From positions 1,241-65,240 of the forward strand of contig CBDDBU010000028.1 of the NCBI GenBank assembly GCA_965226045.1: a stretch of 64,000 bases of DNA. Direction: 5' to 3'. A program made the translations under genes and the position numbers. The notes below the pieces were generated by a model. It was given only the letters and a program-made list of their open reading frames with translations, was not told where the DNA came from and ran no database searches. Shown here piece by piece: positions 53,174-64,000 of this stretch. How positions within the stretch are numbered: the first letter of the stretch is position 1; each line of letters begins with the position of its first letter. This stretch comes from Alphaproteobacteria bacterium. Lineage in GTDB: Bacteria; Pseudomonadota; Alphaproteobacteria; VGEJ01.

Positions 53174-54484
53174 CTAGAGCGTCGGGTAGATGGGAAAACG
53201 AGCACAAAGGTCGGCGACCTGCGCGAGCACCGAATGTTCGGCCTCGGCGTTGTCGCTGGGACCCACCGCGAGGCCGTCGAGCACGGTCACAATCAGTTCG
53301 CCAATTCGCTGAAACTCCTCGACGCCGAAGCCGCGGGTGGTGCCAACCGAGGATGAAAGCCTCAGGCCAGAGGTCACGGTCGGCTTTTCGGTGTCGAACG
53401 GGACCGTGTTCTTGTTGCACGTGAGCCCCGCCCGCTCGAGGCTCTGGGACGCGACGTCGCCGGTCAGGCCCTTGGCCCGCAGGTCGACCAGCATCAGCGC
53501 CGTATCCGTACCCCCCGAGACGACCTCGAAGCCGTGGTTTAAGAGCGTCCGGGCCAGTACCCGGGCATTCTCCACGACCCGTTCGCAATATTGTCTGAAC
53601 TCAGGCCTGAGGGCCTCGCCCAGGCACACGGCTTTGGCCGCGACCGTGTGCAACAGCGGCGTTCCCTGCAGGCCCGGAAAGATCGCAGCGTTCACCTTGC
53701 GCGCGATGTCTTCGTCGTTGGTCAGGATCAGCCCGCCGCGCACACCGCGCAGGCTCTTGTACGTCGTGGTGGTCACGACATCGGCGTGGGGAAGGGGATC
53801 GGGATGACAGCTGGCGGCCACCAGTCCGGCGAAGTGGGCCATGTCGACCATCAGCATCGCACCGACGGAATCCGCGATGGCGCGGAAACGCGCGAAGTCG
53901 ATCGTCCGGGGGTAGGCGGAGCCGCCCGCGATGATCAGGCGCGGTGTGTGCTGAGCTGCCTGCTCCGCGACATCGTCGTAGTCGATCAACCCGTCCTGCC
54001 GGCGCACGCCGTAGCGCGCAACGTCGAACCATCGCCCCGATAGGTTGGGCGCGGCGCCGTGGCTCAAATGCCCGCCGGCCGCCAGGGCCATCCCGAGGAT
54101 CTTGTCGCCGGGCTTCAGGAGCGCCAGATACACCGCCTGATTGGCCTGACTTCCAGAATGTGGCTGGACGTTCGCGTAAGCGCATCCGAATAGGCGCCGC
54201 GCCCGTTCGATCGCCAAGCGCTCAATGCGGTCGACGTACTCGGCGCCACCATAGTAGCGACGGCCCGGATAACCCTCGACCGTCTTGTTGGTGAGGATCG
54301 AGCCCTGCGCTTCCAGCACCGCCTTGCTGACTAGGTTTTCCGACGCGATCAGTTCGACCTGGTCGCGTTGCCGCGTCAGCTCGTCGTGAATGGCTTGGCT
54401 GATCTCGGGATCGGCTTCGCTCAGCCCGGTCGAGAAATAGCCGGCATATGGTTCGCCGGTGCTCGTGCCTGCCGACTCGGCCAT
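53174..54484 (-). CDS. glyA: Serine hydroxymethyltransferase (copy 1)
   Basis: 436 aa with the canonical SHMT pattern (...[12 protein letters not shown]-lysine region). Confidence 0.9.
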   Translation of the reverse strand: MAESAGTSTGEPYAGYFSTGLSEADPEISQAIHDELTRQRDQVELIASENLVSKAVLEAQGSILTNKTVEGYPGRRYYGGAEYVDRIERLAIERARRLFGCAYANVQPHSGSQANQAVYLALLKPGDKILGMALAAGGHLSHGAAPNLSGRWFDVARYGVRRQDGLIDYDDVAEQAAQHTPRLIIAGGSAYPRTIDFARFRAIADSVGAMLMVDMAHFAGLVAASCHPDPLPHADVVTTTTYKSLRGVRGGLILTNDEDIARKVNAAIFPGLQGTPLLHTVAAKAVCLGEALRPEFRQYCERVVENARVLARTLLNHGFEVVSGGTDTALMLVDLRAKGLTGDVASQSLERAGLTCNKNTVPFDTEKPTVTSGLRLSSSVGTTRGFGVEEFQRIGELIVTVLDGLAVGPSDNAEAEHSVLAQVADLCARFPIYPTL

Positions 54485-54486
54485 GC

Positions 54487-55707
54487 TCAGCCGACAAACG
54501 CCTGAATGCCGGTCTGGGCGCGGCCCAGGATCAGGGCATGGATGTCGTGGGTCCCCTCATAGGTGTTGACCGCCTCGAGGTTCATGACGTGGCGGATCAC
54601 GTGGTATTCGTCCGATATGCCGTTGCCGCCGTGCATGTCGCGCGCCATTCGCGCGATGTCGAGGGCCTTGCCGCAGGAGTTGCGCTTGATCAGCGAGACC
54701 ATTTCGGGCGTGGCCTCGTTGCTGTCGAACAGGCGCCCCACCCGCAAGCAGGCCTGGAGCCCGAGGGCAATCTCGGTCTGGCAATCCGCGAGCTTCTTCT
54801 GGACCAGCTGATTGGCGGCTAGGGGCCGCCCGAACTGGGTGCGGTCAAGTGTGTATTGGCGCGCCGCATGCCAGCAGAACTCGGCGGCGCCCAGCGCGCC
54901 CCAGGCGATGCCGTAGCGGGCCTTGTTGAGGCAGCCGAATGGACCGCGCAGCCCTGAGACGCCGGGCAGCTCATGCTCAGCCGTCAGCCGCACCTCGTCC
55001 ATGACGATCTCACCGGTTGGCGAGGCACGGAGGGCAAACTTCCCCTCGATGCCCGGCGTGGTGAGACCGCCCATGCCGCGCTCAAGCAGAAAGCCGCGAA
55101 TGACCCCCTCATCGTTCTTGGCCCAGACGACGAAGACATCGGCGACCGGCGCGTTGGTGATCCAGGTTTTGACGCCGCTGATCGCGAAGCCGCCATTCAC
55201 CGTTCGCGCGCGCGTGACCATGGAGCCGGGGTCCGAGCCATGGTCGGGCTCGGTCAGGCCGAACGCCCCGAGCGTCTCACCCGCCGCGAGAGAGGGCAGA
55301 TAGCGCTGGCGCTGCTCTTCGCTGCCGTAGGCATGGATGGCGTGCATGACCAGACTCGACTGCACACTCATGGATGAACGGTAGCTGGAATCGACGCGCT
55401 CGATCTCGCGCGCGATCAACCCGTAGACGACGTGACTTGCGCCCGCGCACCCATAGCCATGGATGGTTGACCCCAAGAACCCGAGCGCGCCCATCTCGCG
55501 ATAGATCTCGCGGTCGAACTGCTCATGGCGATTGGCCTCGACGATCCGCGGCATCAGCTTCTCTTGGCAATAGGCTCTCGCGCTGTCACGCGCCATCCGC
55601 TCCTCGTCGCTCAGGAGCGGGTCGAGCAAAAGCGGGTCATCCCAGCGGAACTCAGGGCGCGCCGACGGCGTCGCGCCGCGTTGGCGTACGGCATTCGGTG
55701 ATGTCAT
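54487..55707 (-). CDS. gcdH: Glutaryl-CoA dehydrogenase-like acyl-CoA dehydrogenase
   Basis: 406 aa ACAD fold. GcdH-like motifs (YGC.GAS..VYGL..RE). Confidence 0.75.
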   Translation of the reverse strand: MTSPNAVRQRGATPSARPEFRWDDPLLLDPLLSDEERMARDSARAYCQEKLMPRIVEANRHEQFDREIYREMGALGFLGSTIHGYGCAGASHVVYGLIAREIERVDSSYRSSMSVQSSLVMHAIHAYGSEEQRQRYLPSLAAGETLGAFGLTEPDHGSDPGSMVTRARTVNGGFAISGVKTWITNAPVADVFVVWAKNDEGVIRGFLLERGMGGLTTPGIEGKFALRASPTGEIVMDEVRLTAEHELPGVSGLRGPFGCLNKARYGIAWGALGAAEFCWHAARQYTLDRTQFGRPLAANQLVQKKLADCQTEIALGLQACLRVGRLFDSNEATPEMVSLIKRNSCGKALDIARMARDMHGGNGISDEYHVIRHVMNLEAVNTYEGTHDIHALILGRAQTGIQAFVG

Positions 55708-55792
55708 GGTCGCCCTCCGCTCCCGTCGCCGCCTTGCCCTTGGTTAAGGACACGTAAACCAATGTGTGGCACAATTTACCATCTTTGCGGTT

Positions 55793-55808
55793 CGATTTCG
55801 CGAAATCG
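55793..55808. promoter_or_regulatory. Perfect 16-bp palindrome CGATTTCGCGAAATCG, immediately upstream of the hemA start. Candidate operator.
   Basis: Seen directly. It ends 2 bp before the ATG at 55811 and overlaps the expected RBS position. Confidence 0.4.
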
Positions 55809-55810
55809 CC

Positions 55811-57022
55811 ATGGAATACGATAGCTTCTTCGCCGAAAAACTCGCTGCGCTGCGGGCGGAGGGGCGTTACCGCGTGTTCGCCGATGTTGCGCGTCACGCC
55901 GGCAATTTCCCCAAGGCGACCCACAACGTCGGCGGTGTCGAGAAAGAAATCACCGTGTGGTGCAGCAACGACTATCTGGGGATGGGTCAGCACCCACAAG
56001 TGATAGAAGCGATGCGTGAGGCGCTGCAAGGTTCGGGCGCCGGTTCCGGCGGCACGCGCAATATCTCGGGCACCACTCACAACCACGTGCTGCTGGAACG
56101 CGAACTCGCTGATCTCCATGGCAAGGAGGCGGCGCTTCTGTTCACCTCCGGCTACATCTCCAACGAGTCCACGATCGGCACTTTGGGTCAGCTCCTGCCG
56201 GACTGCATCATCTTCTCGGACGCCTTCAACCATGCGTCGATCATCCAGGGCATTCGGCTCAGCCGCTGCGACAAGCGAATCTTCCGCCACAACGATCCGG
56301 CCCATCTCGACCAGCTCTTGAGCGAGGCCTCGCCCGGCGCACCGAAGTTGGTCGTGTTCGAATCGGTCTACTCCATGGACGGCGATATCTCGCCCATCGG
56401 CGAGATCTGTGACGTGGCGGATCGACATGGCGCCATGACCTTCCTCGATGAGGTCCATGCGGTCGGTCTCTACGGTCCACGTGGCGGCGGCATCGCCGAG
56501 CGCGAGGGTTTGATGGATCGGCTGACGATCATCGAAGGCACTCTCGCCAAGGCCTTCGGCGTGATGGGTGGCTACATCGCCGCCTCGGCCAACTTGGTCG
56601 ACGTGGTACGTAGCTATGCCTCGGGCTTCATCTTCACGACCTCACTCGCGCCGGTCCTCGCCGCCGGCGCGCTGGCCAGCGTGCGCCATCTCAAGCGCAC
56701 ATCCGATCTGCGGCGTGAACATCAGAAACGGGCGACTAGCCTCAAAAAGAAACTCGCGTCGGTTGGACTTCCGGTCATGGACTCACCGAGCCACATTGTT
56801 CCCGTGATGGTGGGTGAGGCGGCGCTGTGCAAACAGGTGTCCGATGCACTGCTTGAGCGCCACGCCATCTATGTCCAACCCATCAACTACCCGACGGTGC
56901 CGCGCGGCTCGGAACGGCTCCGTTTCACGCCGTCACCGCTCCACAGCGAAGACATGATTGATGAGTTGGTGGCGGCGCTGAACGAGGAGTGGCAGAATCT
57001 GGACCTAGAGCGGGCGGCCTGA
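55811..57022 (+). CDS. hemA: 5-aminolevulinate synthase
   Basis: Near-canonical alphaproteobacterial ALAS pattern ([13 protein letters not shown]...[10 protein letters not shown]...TLAKAFG PLP-lysine). Confidence 0.9.
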   Translation: MEYDSFFAEKLAALRAEGRYRVFADVARHAGNFPKATHNVGGVEKEITVWCSNDYLGMGQHPQVIEAMREALQGSGAGSGGTRNISGTTHNHVLLERELADLHGKEAALLFTSGYISNESTIGTLGQLLPDCIIFSDAFNHASIIQGIRLSRCDKRIFRHNDPAHLDQLLSEASPGAPKLVVFESVYSMDGDISPIGEICDVADRHGAMTFLDEVHAVGLYGPRGGGIAEREGLMDRLTIIEGTLAKAFGVMGGYIAASANLVDVVRSYASGFIFTTSLAPVLAAGALASVRHLKRTSDLRREHQKRATSLKKKLASVGLPVMDSPSHIVPVMVGEAALCKQVSDALLERHAIYVQPINYPTVPRGSERLRFTPSPLHSEDMIDELVAALNEEWQNLDLERAA

Positions 57023-57046
57023 CCCTAAAGCGGGCGGCTCATTTGT

Positions 57047-57445
57047 GTGGATCGCCCTCGGGAGGCGAAGATCACCGAGCTCGACGAAGGGTCGGTTTTG
57101 CTCGAGTATCGCGCGGTTGGCGCCTATGTGAAGGTGTCGGCCATCGACCCGGTCACCCGCACCGAGGGTTCCATCGTCGGTGATCGCTCGCGGAGCGAGG
57201 CGGCGCTCCCGTATCGCCGTCAGAAAGCTCAAATACGTGCTGGCCAAGCGGGACAGACGCGATTCCGGAGAAGACGGCGTGCCCGGTTGAAGCGTTGGTC
57301 TGGGTATCGGCCGATCGCATCCCCAATGTGTCGACAATTTGTAGGACGTTGGCAAACGAACCCGACATATGGTAATACCCGTCATTCCACGGCGAGGTCC
57401 CTAGCAGCTCAAAATGATACCGAAAGTAGTAGCCATAGGCGCTGA
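57047..57445 (+). CDS. Hypothetical small protein (the N-terminal ~60 aa look protein-like; Arg-rich tail)
   Basis: The ORF has a plausible N-terminal domain (ITELDEGSVLLEYRAVGAYVKVSAIDPVTRTEGSIVG). It overlaps the rpiB start by 30 nt. No family recognised. Confidence 0.3.
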   Translation: MDRPREAKITELDEGSVLLEYRAVGAYVKVSAIDPVTRTEGSIVGDRSRSEAALPYRRQKAQIRAGQAGQTRFRRRRRARLKRWSGYRPIASPMCRQFVGRWQTNPTYGNTRHSTARSLAAQNDTESSSHRR

Positions 57446-57848
57446 TCACGCCGGCTACGAGCTCAAGGGCGTGCTGACCCGTGATCTTGATGAGATGGGC
57501 GTCGAGGTTCTCGATTTTGGAGCCAAATCCTCCGACCCGATCGACTACCCCGATGTCGGGCACGCCGTGGCGAGTGCCGTCGCGAACGGAGGGGTAGGCC
57601 TTGGCGTTCTTATATGCGGGACCGGGCTGGGAATGACCATCGCCGCGAACCGCCACCCACGGGTACGCGCCGCATTGTGCCGCTCGGCCGAGGATGCCGA
57701 GATAGCGCGGCGCCACAACGATGCGAACGTTCTCGCTCTCGGCGCGCGCACGACGACGAGCGCGACCGCGCGCGAGTGCCTCAAGGTTTTCATGACGGCC
57801 GACTTCGAAGGCGGTCGCCATGCCCGGCGCGTCGCGAAGTTGGGCTGA
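57414..57848 (+). CDS. rpiB: Ribose-5-phosphate isomerase B
   Basis: 144 aa. [14 protein letters not shown]...[11 protein letters not shown] is the RpiB/LacAB pattern. Confidence 0.85.
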   Translation: MIPKVVAIGADHAGYELKGVLTRDLDEMGVEVLDFGAKSSDPIDYPDVGHAVASAVANGGVGLGVLICGTGLGMTIAANRHPRVRAALCRSAEDAEIARRHNDANVLALGARTTTSATARECLKVFMTADFEGGRHARRVAKLG

Positions 57849-57862
57849 CGAATCGCCTCCAG

Positions 57863-59203
57863 ATGTCATCGAGCGCTTCCGTATCGCCCCCACATCCGTG
57901 CGCACCGGCGCGGCCGGCGCGCTTCTTCGAGGCTGCGGTCGAAGACGTCGATCCCGAGGTCGCCGCCGCGCTCAAGGGTGAGTTGGGGCGCCAGCGCGAC
58001 CAAATCGAGCTCATCGCCTCCGAGAACATCGTCAGTCGCGCCGTGCTTGTGGCCGCTGGCTCGGTACTAACCAACAAATACGCCGAGGGGTATCCCAACC
58101 GTCGCTACTACGGCGGCTGCGAGTTCGCCGATGACGTCGAGACACTGGCGATCGACCGTGCGCGGCGCCTGTTCGGATGCGGGTTCGCCAACGTGCAACC
58201 ACACTCCGGGACCCAAGCCAACCAGGCCGCGTTCATGGCGATGATGCGGCCCGGCGACACTTTTCTGGGGCTGGCACTCGACGCGGGCGGTCACTTGACC
58301 CATGGCGCGAAACCCAATCAATCGGGGAAATGGTTCCACGCCGTCCAATACGGCGTGCGGCATGAGGACGCCCAAGTCGATCTGGACGAGGTTCTGCGCC
58401 TTGGCAAGGCGCATGGACCCTCGGTGGTCGTCGCCGGCGGCTCGGCCTACCCGCGAGTCTTCGATTTCGCGGGACTACGCCAGGTTTGCGATGAACTTGG
58501 TGCGCGACTGATGGTGGACATGGCGCATTTCGCCGGGCTGGTCGCGGGCGGCGCGCACCCGAGTCCTTTTCCCCACGCCGATGTGGTGACGGCGACAACG
58601 CACAAGACCCTCCGCGGACCACGTGGGGGCATGGTGTTGACCAACGACGAGGCCCTCGCCAAGAAAATCAACTCCGCCATTTTTCCCGGTATGCAAGGCG
58701 GCCCGCTCATGCACATCATCGCGGCCAAGGCGGTGGCGTTGGGCGAGGCGCTGCGCCCCGACTTCAGGAGCTATGCCGCCGCGGTCGTCACGAACGCGCG
58801 TGTGCTGGCCGAGACGCTTCTTGGGCGCGGCGTGGATCTCGTTTCGGGGGGTACCGACACACATCTCATCCTGGTTGACCTCAGAAACAACAAACTGACC
58901 GGCCGTGCGGTGGAGGAGGCTCTCGAACGCGCGCATCTGACGGTCAACAAGAATGCCGTTCCGTTCGATCCGGAGAAGCCGACCATCACCTCGGGTATTC
59001 GCCTCGGCTCGGCTGCCGTCACCACGCGCGGTTTCGGCGCGGCGGAGTTTCGGACCGTGGCGACAGTGATCGCGGACGTTATAGACGCGCTGGTCGTCAG
59101 CCCGGACGGCGACCCCATGGCCGAGGCGGCCGCGCGCCGAACGGCGCTCGATCTATGCCGTCGGTTCCCGATCTACAGCGCTCTTGGCGGGCAGGGGGCG
59201 TAG
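57863..59203 (+). CDS. glyA: Serine hydroxymethyltransferase (copy 2)
   Basis: 446 aa. Canonical SHMT, ~60% identical to copy 1. Confidence 0.9.
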   Translation: MSSSASVSPPHPCAPARPARFFEAAVEDVDPEVAAALKGELGRQRDQIELIASENIVSRAVLVAAGSVLTNKYAEGYPNRRYYGGCEFADDVETLAIDRARRLFGCGFANVQPHSGTQANQAAFMAMMRPGDTFLGLALDAGGHLTHGAKPNQSGKWFHAVQYGVRHEDAQVDLDEVLRLGKAHGPSVVVAGGSAYPRVFDFAGLRQVCDELGARLMVDMAHFAGLVAGGAHPSPFPHADVVTATTHKTLRGPRGGMVLTNDEALAKKINSAIFPGMQGGPLMHIIAAKAVALGEALRPDFRSYAAAVVTNARVLAETLLGRGVDLVSGGTDTHLILVDLRNNKLTGRAVEEALERAHLTVNKNAVPFDPEKPTITSGIRLGSAAVTTRGFGAAEFRTVATVIADVIDALVVSPDGDPMAEAAARRTALDLCRRFPIYSALGGQGA

Positions 59204-59210
59204 TCAAGCG

Positions 59211-59672
59211 ATGCGCTGCCCGTTCTGTGGTCACGATGATACTCAGGTCAAGGATTCGCGGCCGACCCAGGACAACTCGGCCATTCGTCGGCGCCGCTTT
59301 TGCCCCAGCTGCGCCTCACGGTTCACGACCTTCGAGAGGGTGCAGCTCCGTGAACTGACGGTGTTGAAAAAAGGTGGTCAGCGCACTCCCTTCGACCGAG
59401 AGAAACTGTTGCGCTCAGTCCAGATCTCTACCCGCAAGCGGCCGGTTGAGCCGGCGCGCGTGGAACGGATGGTCAACGGCATCGTTCGCCGCCTCGAGAG
59501 CATGGGAGAATCCGAGATTCCATCACACATCGTTGGTGAGTTGGTGATGGAGGGGCTCGCCAATCTCGACCAGGTGGCGTACGTGCGCTTCGCGTCGGTC
59601 TACCGCAATTTTCGTGAAGCCAAGGATTTCGAAGACTTTGTTGGCGGCTTGAGCGGTGATCGGGACGACTGA
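59211..59672 (+). CDS. nrdR: Transcriptional repressor NrdR
   Basis: [18 protein letters not shown] Zn-ribbon followed by an ATP-cone. Confidence 0.9.
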   Translation: MRCPFCGHDDTQVKDSRPTQDNSAIRRRRFCPSCASRFTTFERVQLRELTVLKKGGQRTPFDREKLLRSVQISTRKRPVEPARVERMVNGIVRRLESMGESEIPSHIVGELVMEGLANLDQVAYVRFASVYRNFREAKDFEDFVGGLSGDRDD

Positions 59673-60771
59673 GGGGGACGACCGCGCCCACATGTGGGCG
59701 GCGCTTCGCCTGGCCCGCCGCGGCCTTGGTCAGGTCTGGCCCAATCCGGCGGTGGGCTGCGTCCTCGTGAACGACGGTGCCGTGGTCGGGCGCGGGTGGA
59801 CCCAGCCGGGCGGGCGGCCCCATGCGGAGACCGAAGCCCTGCGACGTGCTGGCGGCGCCGCGCGCGGGTCGGTGGCCTACGTCACGCTCGAGCCCTGCGC
59901 CCATCGCGGTGAGACCGGGTCGTGTGCCCAGGCCCTGATCGATGCGGGCGTCGCGCGGGCGGTGGTCGCCCTCCGCGATCGGGATCCGCGAGTCGATGGC
60001 CGCGGTTGCGAGCTATTGAAGGGCCACGGCATCGATGTCGTGGTCGGCGTCGGTGAAGAGACGGGTAGAGAGATCAACGCGGGCTTTGTTAGTCGCGTGA
60101 CGCAAGGTCGGCCGTTGATAACACTGAAACTTGCGACGACCCTGGATGGCCGCATCGCCACCAGCGGTGGCGACAGCCGATGGATCACGGGCGCACCGGC
60201 GCGGTCGCGCGCCCACATGCTGCGCGCGCAGGCCGACGCCGTCATGATCGGCGCCAGAACCGTCCTCGCCGACGACCCGGAGCTTACCTGTAGGCTGCCA
60301 GGCCTCGAATCGCGCTCGCCGATTCGCGTCGTCGTCGATGGCCAGCTCACGACCCCGACGACGGCGAAGGTCGTTCGCGACGCCTTGACGGTACCGACCT
60401 GGATAATCACTATCGCGGGCTGCGACGAAGGGCGGCGGGCCGCCCTGGCCCGCAACGGCGTGGACGTCATCGAGGCCGTGGCGGCCTCAGCGGGCAAGGT
60501 TGAAATCGAGGCTGCGCTAGCGCTGCTTGGCGACCGTGGTCTGACCCGCGTTCTGGTCGAGGGCGGCGGTCGGCTAGCGGGGTCGCTAATGGCCAACGAC
60601 TTGGTCGACCGGATGGTATGGTTTCAGGCGCCCAAGATCATCGGTCGCGATGGTGTTGCCGCCGTCGCGATATCGGAGGTCGTTTCGATGGATGACGCCC
60701 GCACTTTTCGACGGCTGTCGACCGCCGCGCTCGGCGAAGACATGGTTAACCACATGACACGGCTGGACTAG
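59656..60771 (+). CDS. ribD: Bifunctional riboflavin biosynthesis deaminase/reductase RibD
   Basis: Deaminase HAE...PCxxC motif and the reductase domain. Conserved position after nrdR. Confidence 0.85.
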   Translation: MIGTTEGDDRAHMWAALRLARRGLGQVWPNPAVGCVLVNDGAVVGRGWTQPGGRPHAETEALRRAGGAARGSVAYVTLEPCAHRGETGSCAQALIDAGVARAVVALRDRDPRVDGRGCELLKGHGIDVVVGVGEETGREINAGFVSRVTQGRPLITLKLATTLDGRIATSGGDSRWITGAPARSRAHMLRAQADAVMIGARTVLADDPELTCRLPGLESRSPIRVVVDGQLTTPTTAKVVRDALTVPTWIITIAGCDEGRRAALARNGVDVIEAVAASAGKVEIEAALALLGDRGLTRVLVEGGGRLAGSLMANDLVDRMVWFQAPKIIGRDGVAAVAISEVVSMDDARTFRRLSTAALGEDMVNHMTRLD

Positions 60772-60780
60772 TTCGTTCTT

Positions 60781-61383
60781 ATGTTTACCGGAATAGTCAC
60801 CGATATTGGCCGCGTCCGATCACTGAATCGATCTGGCGATACCCACATCGTCATCGCAACGTCATACGATATCTCGACGATCGATACGGGCGCCTCCGTC
60901 GCGTGCTCCGGACCATGCCTCACCGTCGTCGACAAGGGTGACGATTGGTTCGCCGTGGACGTCTCGGCGGAGACTGTGTCGCGGACAACCATCGGCGCCT
61001 GGCGCGCCGACAGCCGAGTCAACCTCGAGCGGAGCCTGCGGGTGGGGGATGAACTGGGCGGACACATCGTCGCCGGTCATGTCGATGGGACCGCCGAGAT
61101 CATCAGCCGTTATCCGGAAGGTGAATCGCTGCGCTTCGTGTTCGAGGTGGCCCCAGAATTGAAAGGCTACGTGGCCGCCAAGGGCTCGGTCGCGTTGGAT
61201 GGTGTCTCGCTCACCGTGAACGATGTCGACGATGCCCGGTTTGGCGTCAACATTATCCCACACACACAGCGTGAGACGACTTTTTCCCTTCTGGAGCCGG
61301 GCGACCGGGTCAACGTGGAAGTGGACGTGATCGCGCGCTATGTGGCGAGGCTCAGGGGAAGTTTGGTCGATGAGCCTCACTGA
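60781..61383 (+). CDS. ribE: Riboflavin synthase (alpha subunit)
   Basis: MFTGIV...SLTV internal duplication pattern. Confidence 0.85.
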   Translation: MFTGIVTDIGRVRSLNRSGDTHIVIATSYDISTIDTGASVACSGPCLTVVDKGDDWFAVDVSAETVSRTTIGAWRADSRVNLERSLRVGDELGGHIVAGHVDGTAEIISRYPEGESLRFVFEVAPELKGYVAAKGSVALDGVSLTVNDVDDARFGVNIIPHTQRETTFSLLEPGDRVNVEVDVIARYVARLRGSLVDEPH

Positions 61384-62497
61384 CAGTCTGGCGAGCATGG
61401 AAGAGATCATCGAGGACGCGCGACGCGGCCGAATGATCATTTTTGTCGACGCCGAGGATCGAGAGAACGAAGGCGATCTCATCATTCCGGCCGAGAAAAT
61501 CACGCCCGAGACCATCAACTTCATGGCCAAATACGGGCGCGGCCTGATCTGTTTGGCACTGACCGAAGATCGCGTTGACGAGCTTGCCCTACCGCTCATG
61601 TCACGCGAAAACCAGTCGCGACATAGCACCGCCTTCACCGCCTCCATCGAGGCGCGGGAGGGTGTGAGCACCGGTATCTCGGCCGCGGATCGCGCCCACA
61701 CGATCGCGGTCGCCATCGATCCCGCCAAAGGCAAGGACGATATAGCGACACCCGGTCATGTGTTCCCCTTGCGCGCGCGCGAAGGCGGAGTGCTGGTGCG
61801 CGCGGGCCACACCGAGGCCGCCGTGGATATCGCGCGCCTGGCAGGACTAGTCCCCGCTGGGGTGATCTGCGAGATCATGAACGACGACGGCACCATGGCT
61901 CGGATGCCGGACCTCCTCGCCTTCGCACAACGGCACGGCATCAGGATTGGCAGAATCGCCGACCTGATCGCGCATCGGCGGCGCTACGAGACGCTCGTGG
62001 AACGGGTGGTGGAAACCGATCTCCAGAGCCTCTATGGCGGTCTCTTCCGGATGATCGTCTATCGCAACACCATCGAGCAGACCGAGCACATCGCGCTCGT
62101 CAAGGGAGACGGCTTCGACGCGAAACCCGTCCCGGTGCGCGTCCATCAGTCTAATATTCTGGAAGACTTGATGTGCGAACGTGGCGGCAGGGGAGGGTAT
62201 CTCCACGCAGCGATGCACATGATCGGCAAAGAAGGGCGTGGCGTTGTCGTGATCATCCGCGAGAGGAAGACCACCGGGGTGTCTGATCGGGTTCGCGCGA
62301 ACCGGGAGTATGGCGAGACCGATGCGTCGGAGCTCAGGGATATCGGCATCGGAGCACAGATACTGAGGGATCTTGGCGTACGCGATATGATTGTTCTTTC
62401 GCACTCGCAGCGACCGTTGGTGGGTATCGAGGGCTATGGCCTCAAGGTCGTGAGTCAGCGCGACATACCGCTGCTGGCGGTCGCGGACGAGGTGTGA
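61370..62497 (+). CDS. ribBA: 3,4-dihydroxy-2-butanone-4-phosphate synthase / GTP cyclohydrolase II-like fusion (RibBA)
   Basis: The DHBP synthase domain is canonical. The C-terminal GCHII-like domain is present, but zinc-ligand conservation was not verified. Confidence 0.8.
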   Translation: MSLTDSLASMEEIIEDARRGRMIIFVDAEDRENEGDLIIPAEKITPETINFMAKYGRGLICLALTEDRVDELALPLMSRENQSRHSTAFTASIEAREGVSTGISAADRAHTIAVAIDPAKGKDDIATPGHVFPLRAREGGVLVRAGHTEAAVDIARLAGLVPAGVICEIMNDDGTMARMPDLLAFAQRHGIRIGRIADLIAHRRRYETLVERVVETDLQSLYGGLFRMIVYRNTIEQTEHIALVKGDGFDAKPVPVRVHQSNILEDLMCERGGRGGYLHAAMHMIGKEGRGVVVIIRERKTTGVSDRVRANREYGETDASELRDIGIGAQILRDLGVRDMIVLSHSQRPLVGIEGYGLKVVSQRDIPLLAVADEV

Positions 62498-62967
62498 ACG
62501 TGGCCGGTGACGAGCCCCATGTCTTCATCGTTGAGGCCCGGTTCTATGAAGACATAGCCGACGACCTCGCGCGCGGCGCGGTCGCCGCGATTGAAAGTGT
62601 GGGTGGCACCTATGAACGGGCCGCCGTGCCAGGCGTATTCGAGATACCCGCAGCGATCCGTTTCATGATCAAGTCGATGGAGCTAATCGGGATGCGCCGG
62701 CGGATCGATGCATATGTCGCACTGGGATGTGTCATCCGTGGAGAAACGTCGCATTTTGACATTGTCTGCGGCGAGAGCGCGCGGGGCATTGGAGAGCTTG
62801 CCCTCACCTATACGTTGGCGCTCGGCTACGGTGTTCTCACCTGCGACGACAAGGAGCAGGCGCGCGCTCGTGCCGCTCCGGACGGCCGCGACAAGGGCGG
62901 CGAAGCGGCGCGTGCCGCGCTCCATATGCTCGGCCTCAAACGCCAACTCGGCTATTTTCCGCGATGA
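62494..62967 (+). CDS. ribH: 6,7-dimethyl-8-ribityllumazine synthase
   Basis: 157 aa lumazine synthase pattern. Confidence 0.85.
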   Translation: MNVAGDEPHVFIVEARFYEDIADDLARGAVAAIESVGGTYERAAVPGVFEIPAAIRFMIKSMELIGMRRRIDAYVALGCVIRGETSHFDIVCGESARGIGELALTYTLALGYGVLTCDDKEQARARAAPDGRDKGGEAARAALHMLGLKRQLGYFPR

Positions 62968-63470
62968 CGAGCGCGGGCGATCCCGTGCCGCGCGCGGTGG
63001 CGCGAAGCGCCGCACGCCTGCAAGCCGTGCAAGCGCTCTATCAGATCGAAGTTTCCAATGCCGACGCGGGCGCCGCGATCGACCAGTTGACGAGCTACGG
63101 GCTCGGCCGCGAAGTCGAGGGGGCTGTCCTGGCCGAAGCCGACGTGGAGTTGTTCGGCGATATCGTTCGGGGGCTGTGCGCGCGGCAGGGTGAGATCGAC
63201 GGGCACATCAACGAGGCGATGCGCGGCCGCGGGCTGTCGCGCCTCGACAGTGTGGTTCGCGCGATCGTGCGAGCGGGCGCGTATGAACTGATCGCTCGCG
63301 CTGACATACCAGTGCGGGTCATCATCAACGAATACGTCGATCTCGCGCATGCGTTTTTCGATGGTGGGCAGGCAAGCTTCGTTAACGGGGTGCTGGATCG
63401 CCTGGCGCGAACGCTGCGGAGCGCCGAGTTAGAAACGGCGGATCGTGACGGAACGACGCCAGCGGGGTGA
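62964..63470 (+). CDS. nusB: Transcription antitermination factor NusB
   Basis: ARSAARLQAVQALYQ... is the NusB pattern. Conserved rib-nusB-thiL order. Confidence 0.85.
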   Translation: MTSAGDPVPRAVARSAARLQAVQALYQIEVSNADAGAAIDQLTSYGLGREVEGAVLAEADVELFGDIVRGLCARQGEIDGHINEAMRGRGLSRLDSVVRAIVRAGAYELIARADIPVRVIINEYVDLAHAFFDGGQASFVNGVLDRLARTLRSAELETADRDGTTPAG

Positions 63471-64000
63471 GTTCCAGCTCATACGGGAGCTCTTCGCCCC
63501 GCTCGCCAAGGGTGCTGAAGGTGCTCTTGATCTGCGCGACGATGCCTGTCTTATCCGCCCGGATCCCGGCCACGAACTGGTCGTGACCTCTGACGCGATC
63601 GTCGCGGACGTCCATTTCCTGGCCGACGACCCACCCGAGACGGTTGGACGCAAGCTGTTGCGCGTCAATCTTTCCGACCTTGCGGCGATGGGCGCGGCAC
63701 CTCTTGGCTACTTGCTGACGGCGATCTTGGCACCCGAGCACCGTGGTGATTGGATCGACTCCTTCGCGGCGGGGCTGGGCGCCGATCAAGCGGAGTTCGA
63801 CATCACGTTGCTCGGCGGCGACACGGTCGCCACCACGGGGCCTTCCACGTTCGCCGTCACGGCATTTGGTCAGGCGCGTCGGGACGCCGTGCTGCGGCGC
63901 GGGGGGGCGCGCGTCGGTGACTTGGTCTATGTGTCGGGGACTATCGGCGATGCATGCCTGGGCCTGATGGCCCTGCGCGGGGAGCTACCGGCCCTGGCCG
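63435..64000 (+). CDS. thiL: Thiamine-monophosphate kinase (N-terminal part; continues beyond the window)
   Basis: EFQLIRELF...DDAC...VTSDAIVADVHF is the canonical ThiL N-terminus. A GTG start is assumed. Confidence 0.75.

Noticed and set aside
55741-55800. Sigma-54 promoter (TGGCAC...TTGC) upstream of hemA
   Set aside because: TGGCAC and TTTGC are present, but the GG-to-GC spacing is 17 nt instead of 10.
57153-57905. 250-aa minus-strand ORF
   Set aside because: It is antisense to rpiB (57414..57848 +), which has an unambiguous RpiB pattern. Most of the other long overlapping ORFs in the six-frame track (for example 4269..5219 -, 9625..10920 -, 11862..12639 +, 15656..17002 -, 25888..27237 +, 38881..39978 +, 41917..43173 +, 48532..50566 +) are the same kind of GC-rich shadow ORF.

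Overview
This is a high-GC (~65%) alphaproteobacterial chromosomal segment. The first ~17 kb is IS-riddled accessory DNA. The remainder is core housekeeping DNA that has been invaded by more insertion sequences.

Conserved syntenies place it in the Rhodospirillales/Rhizobiales-like alphaproteobacteria. These are rpoZ-rsh(spoT)-pdxJ-acpS | lepB-rnc-era-recO-parC, nrdR-ribD-ribE-ribBA-ribH-nusB-thiL, and hemA(ALAS) divergent from gcdH-glyA-phyH-hemB.

Seven IS copies from five types are present. I resolved their ends by comparing duplicate copies and terminal inverted repeats (IRs):
- Two identical IS256-family 'A' copies, inverted, each with its own 8-9 bp target-site duplication (TSD).
- Two ~99% identical IS256-family 'B' copies, inverted. 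One has a 9-bp direct repeat at its flanks; the other has none.
- One IS1182/IS5-like element with a CTAG TSD, inserted exactly at the ridA stop codon.
- One IS5/IS1182-like element with a TTAG TSD, inserted exactly at the motA stop codon, splitting motA from motB.
- One IS21 inserted inside an ornithine/lysine decarboxylase gene. Its own istA carries an in-frame amber codon.

The most striking signal is local gene decay. Several inactivating lesions can be read directly: in-frame TAG/TAA nonsense codons, single-base frameshifts, a homopolymer frameshift, and IS insertions. They hit slt, motA, nhaD, the ODC-like decarboxylase, a 2OG-Fe(II)-oxygenase-like gene and istA. Long core genes (parC, rsh, the penicillin-acylase homologue, the DASS transporter) are intact. 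That pattern argues for real pseudogenisation rather than global sequencing error.

I could not support any classical defence system, CRISPR array, rRNA or tRNA from the sequence. The novelty candidates I can defend are the IS architecture and insertion-site behaviour, an IS-flanked operon (HAD dehalogenase, esterase, PLP dehydratase, NhaD), and a lipoprotein-hydrolase / M20-amidohydrolase / di-haem-peroxidase / RidA cluster.
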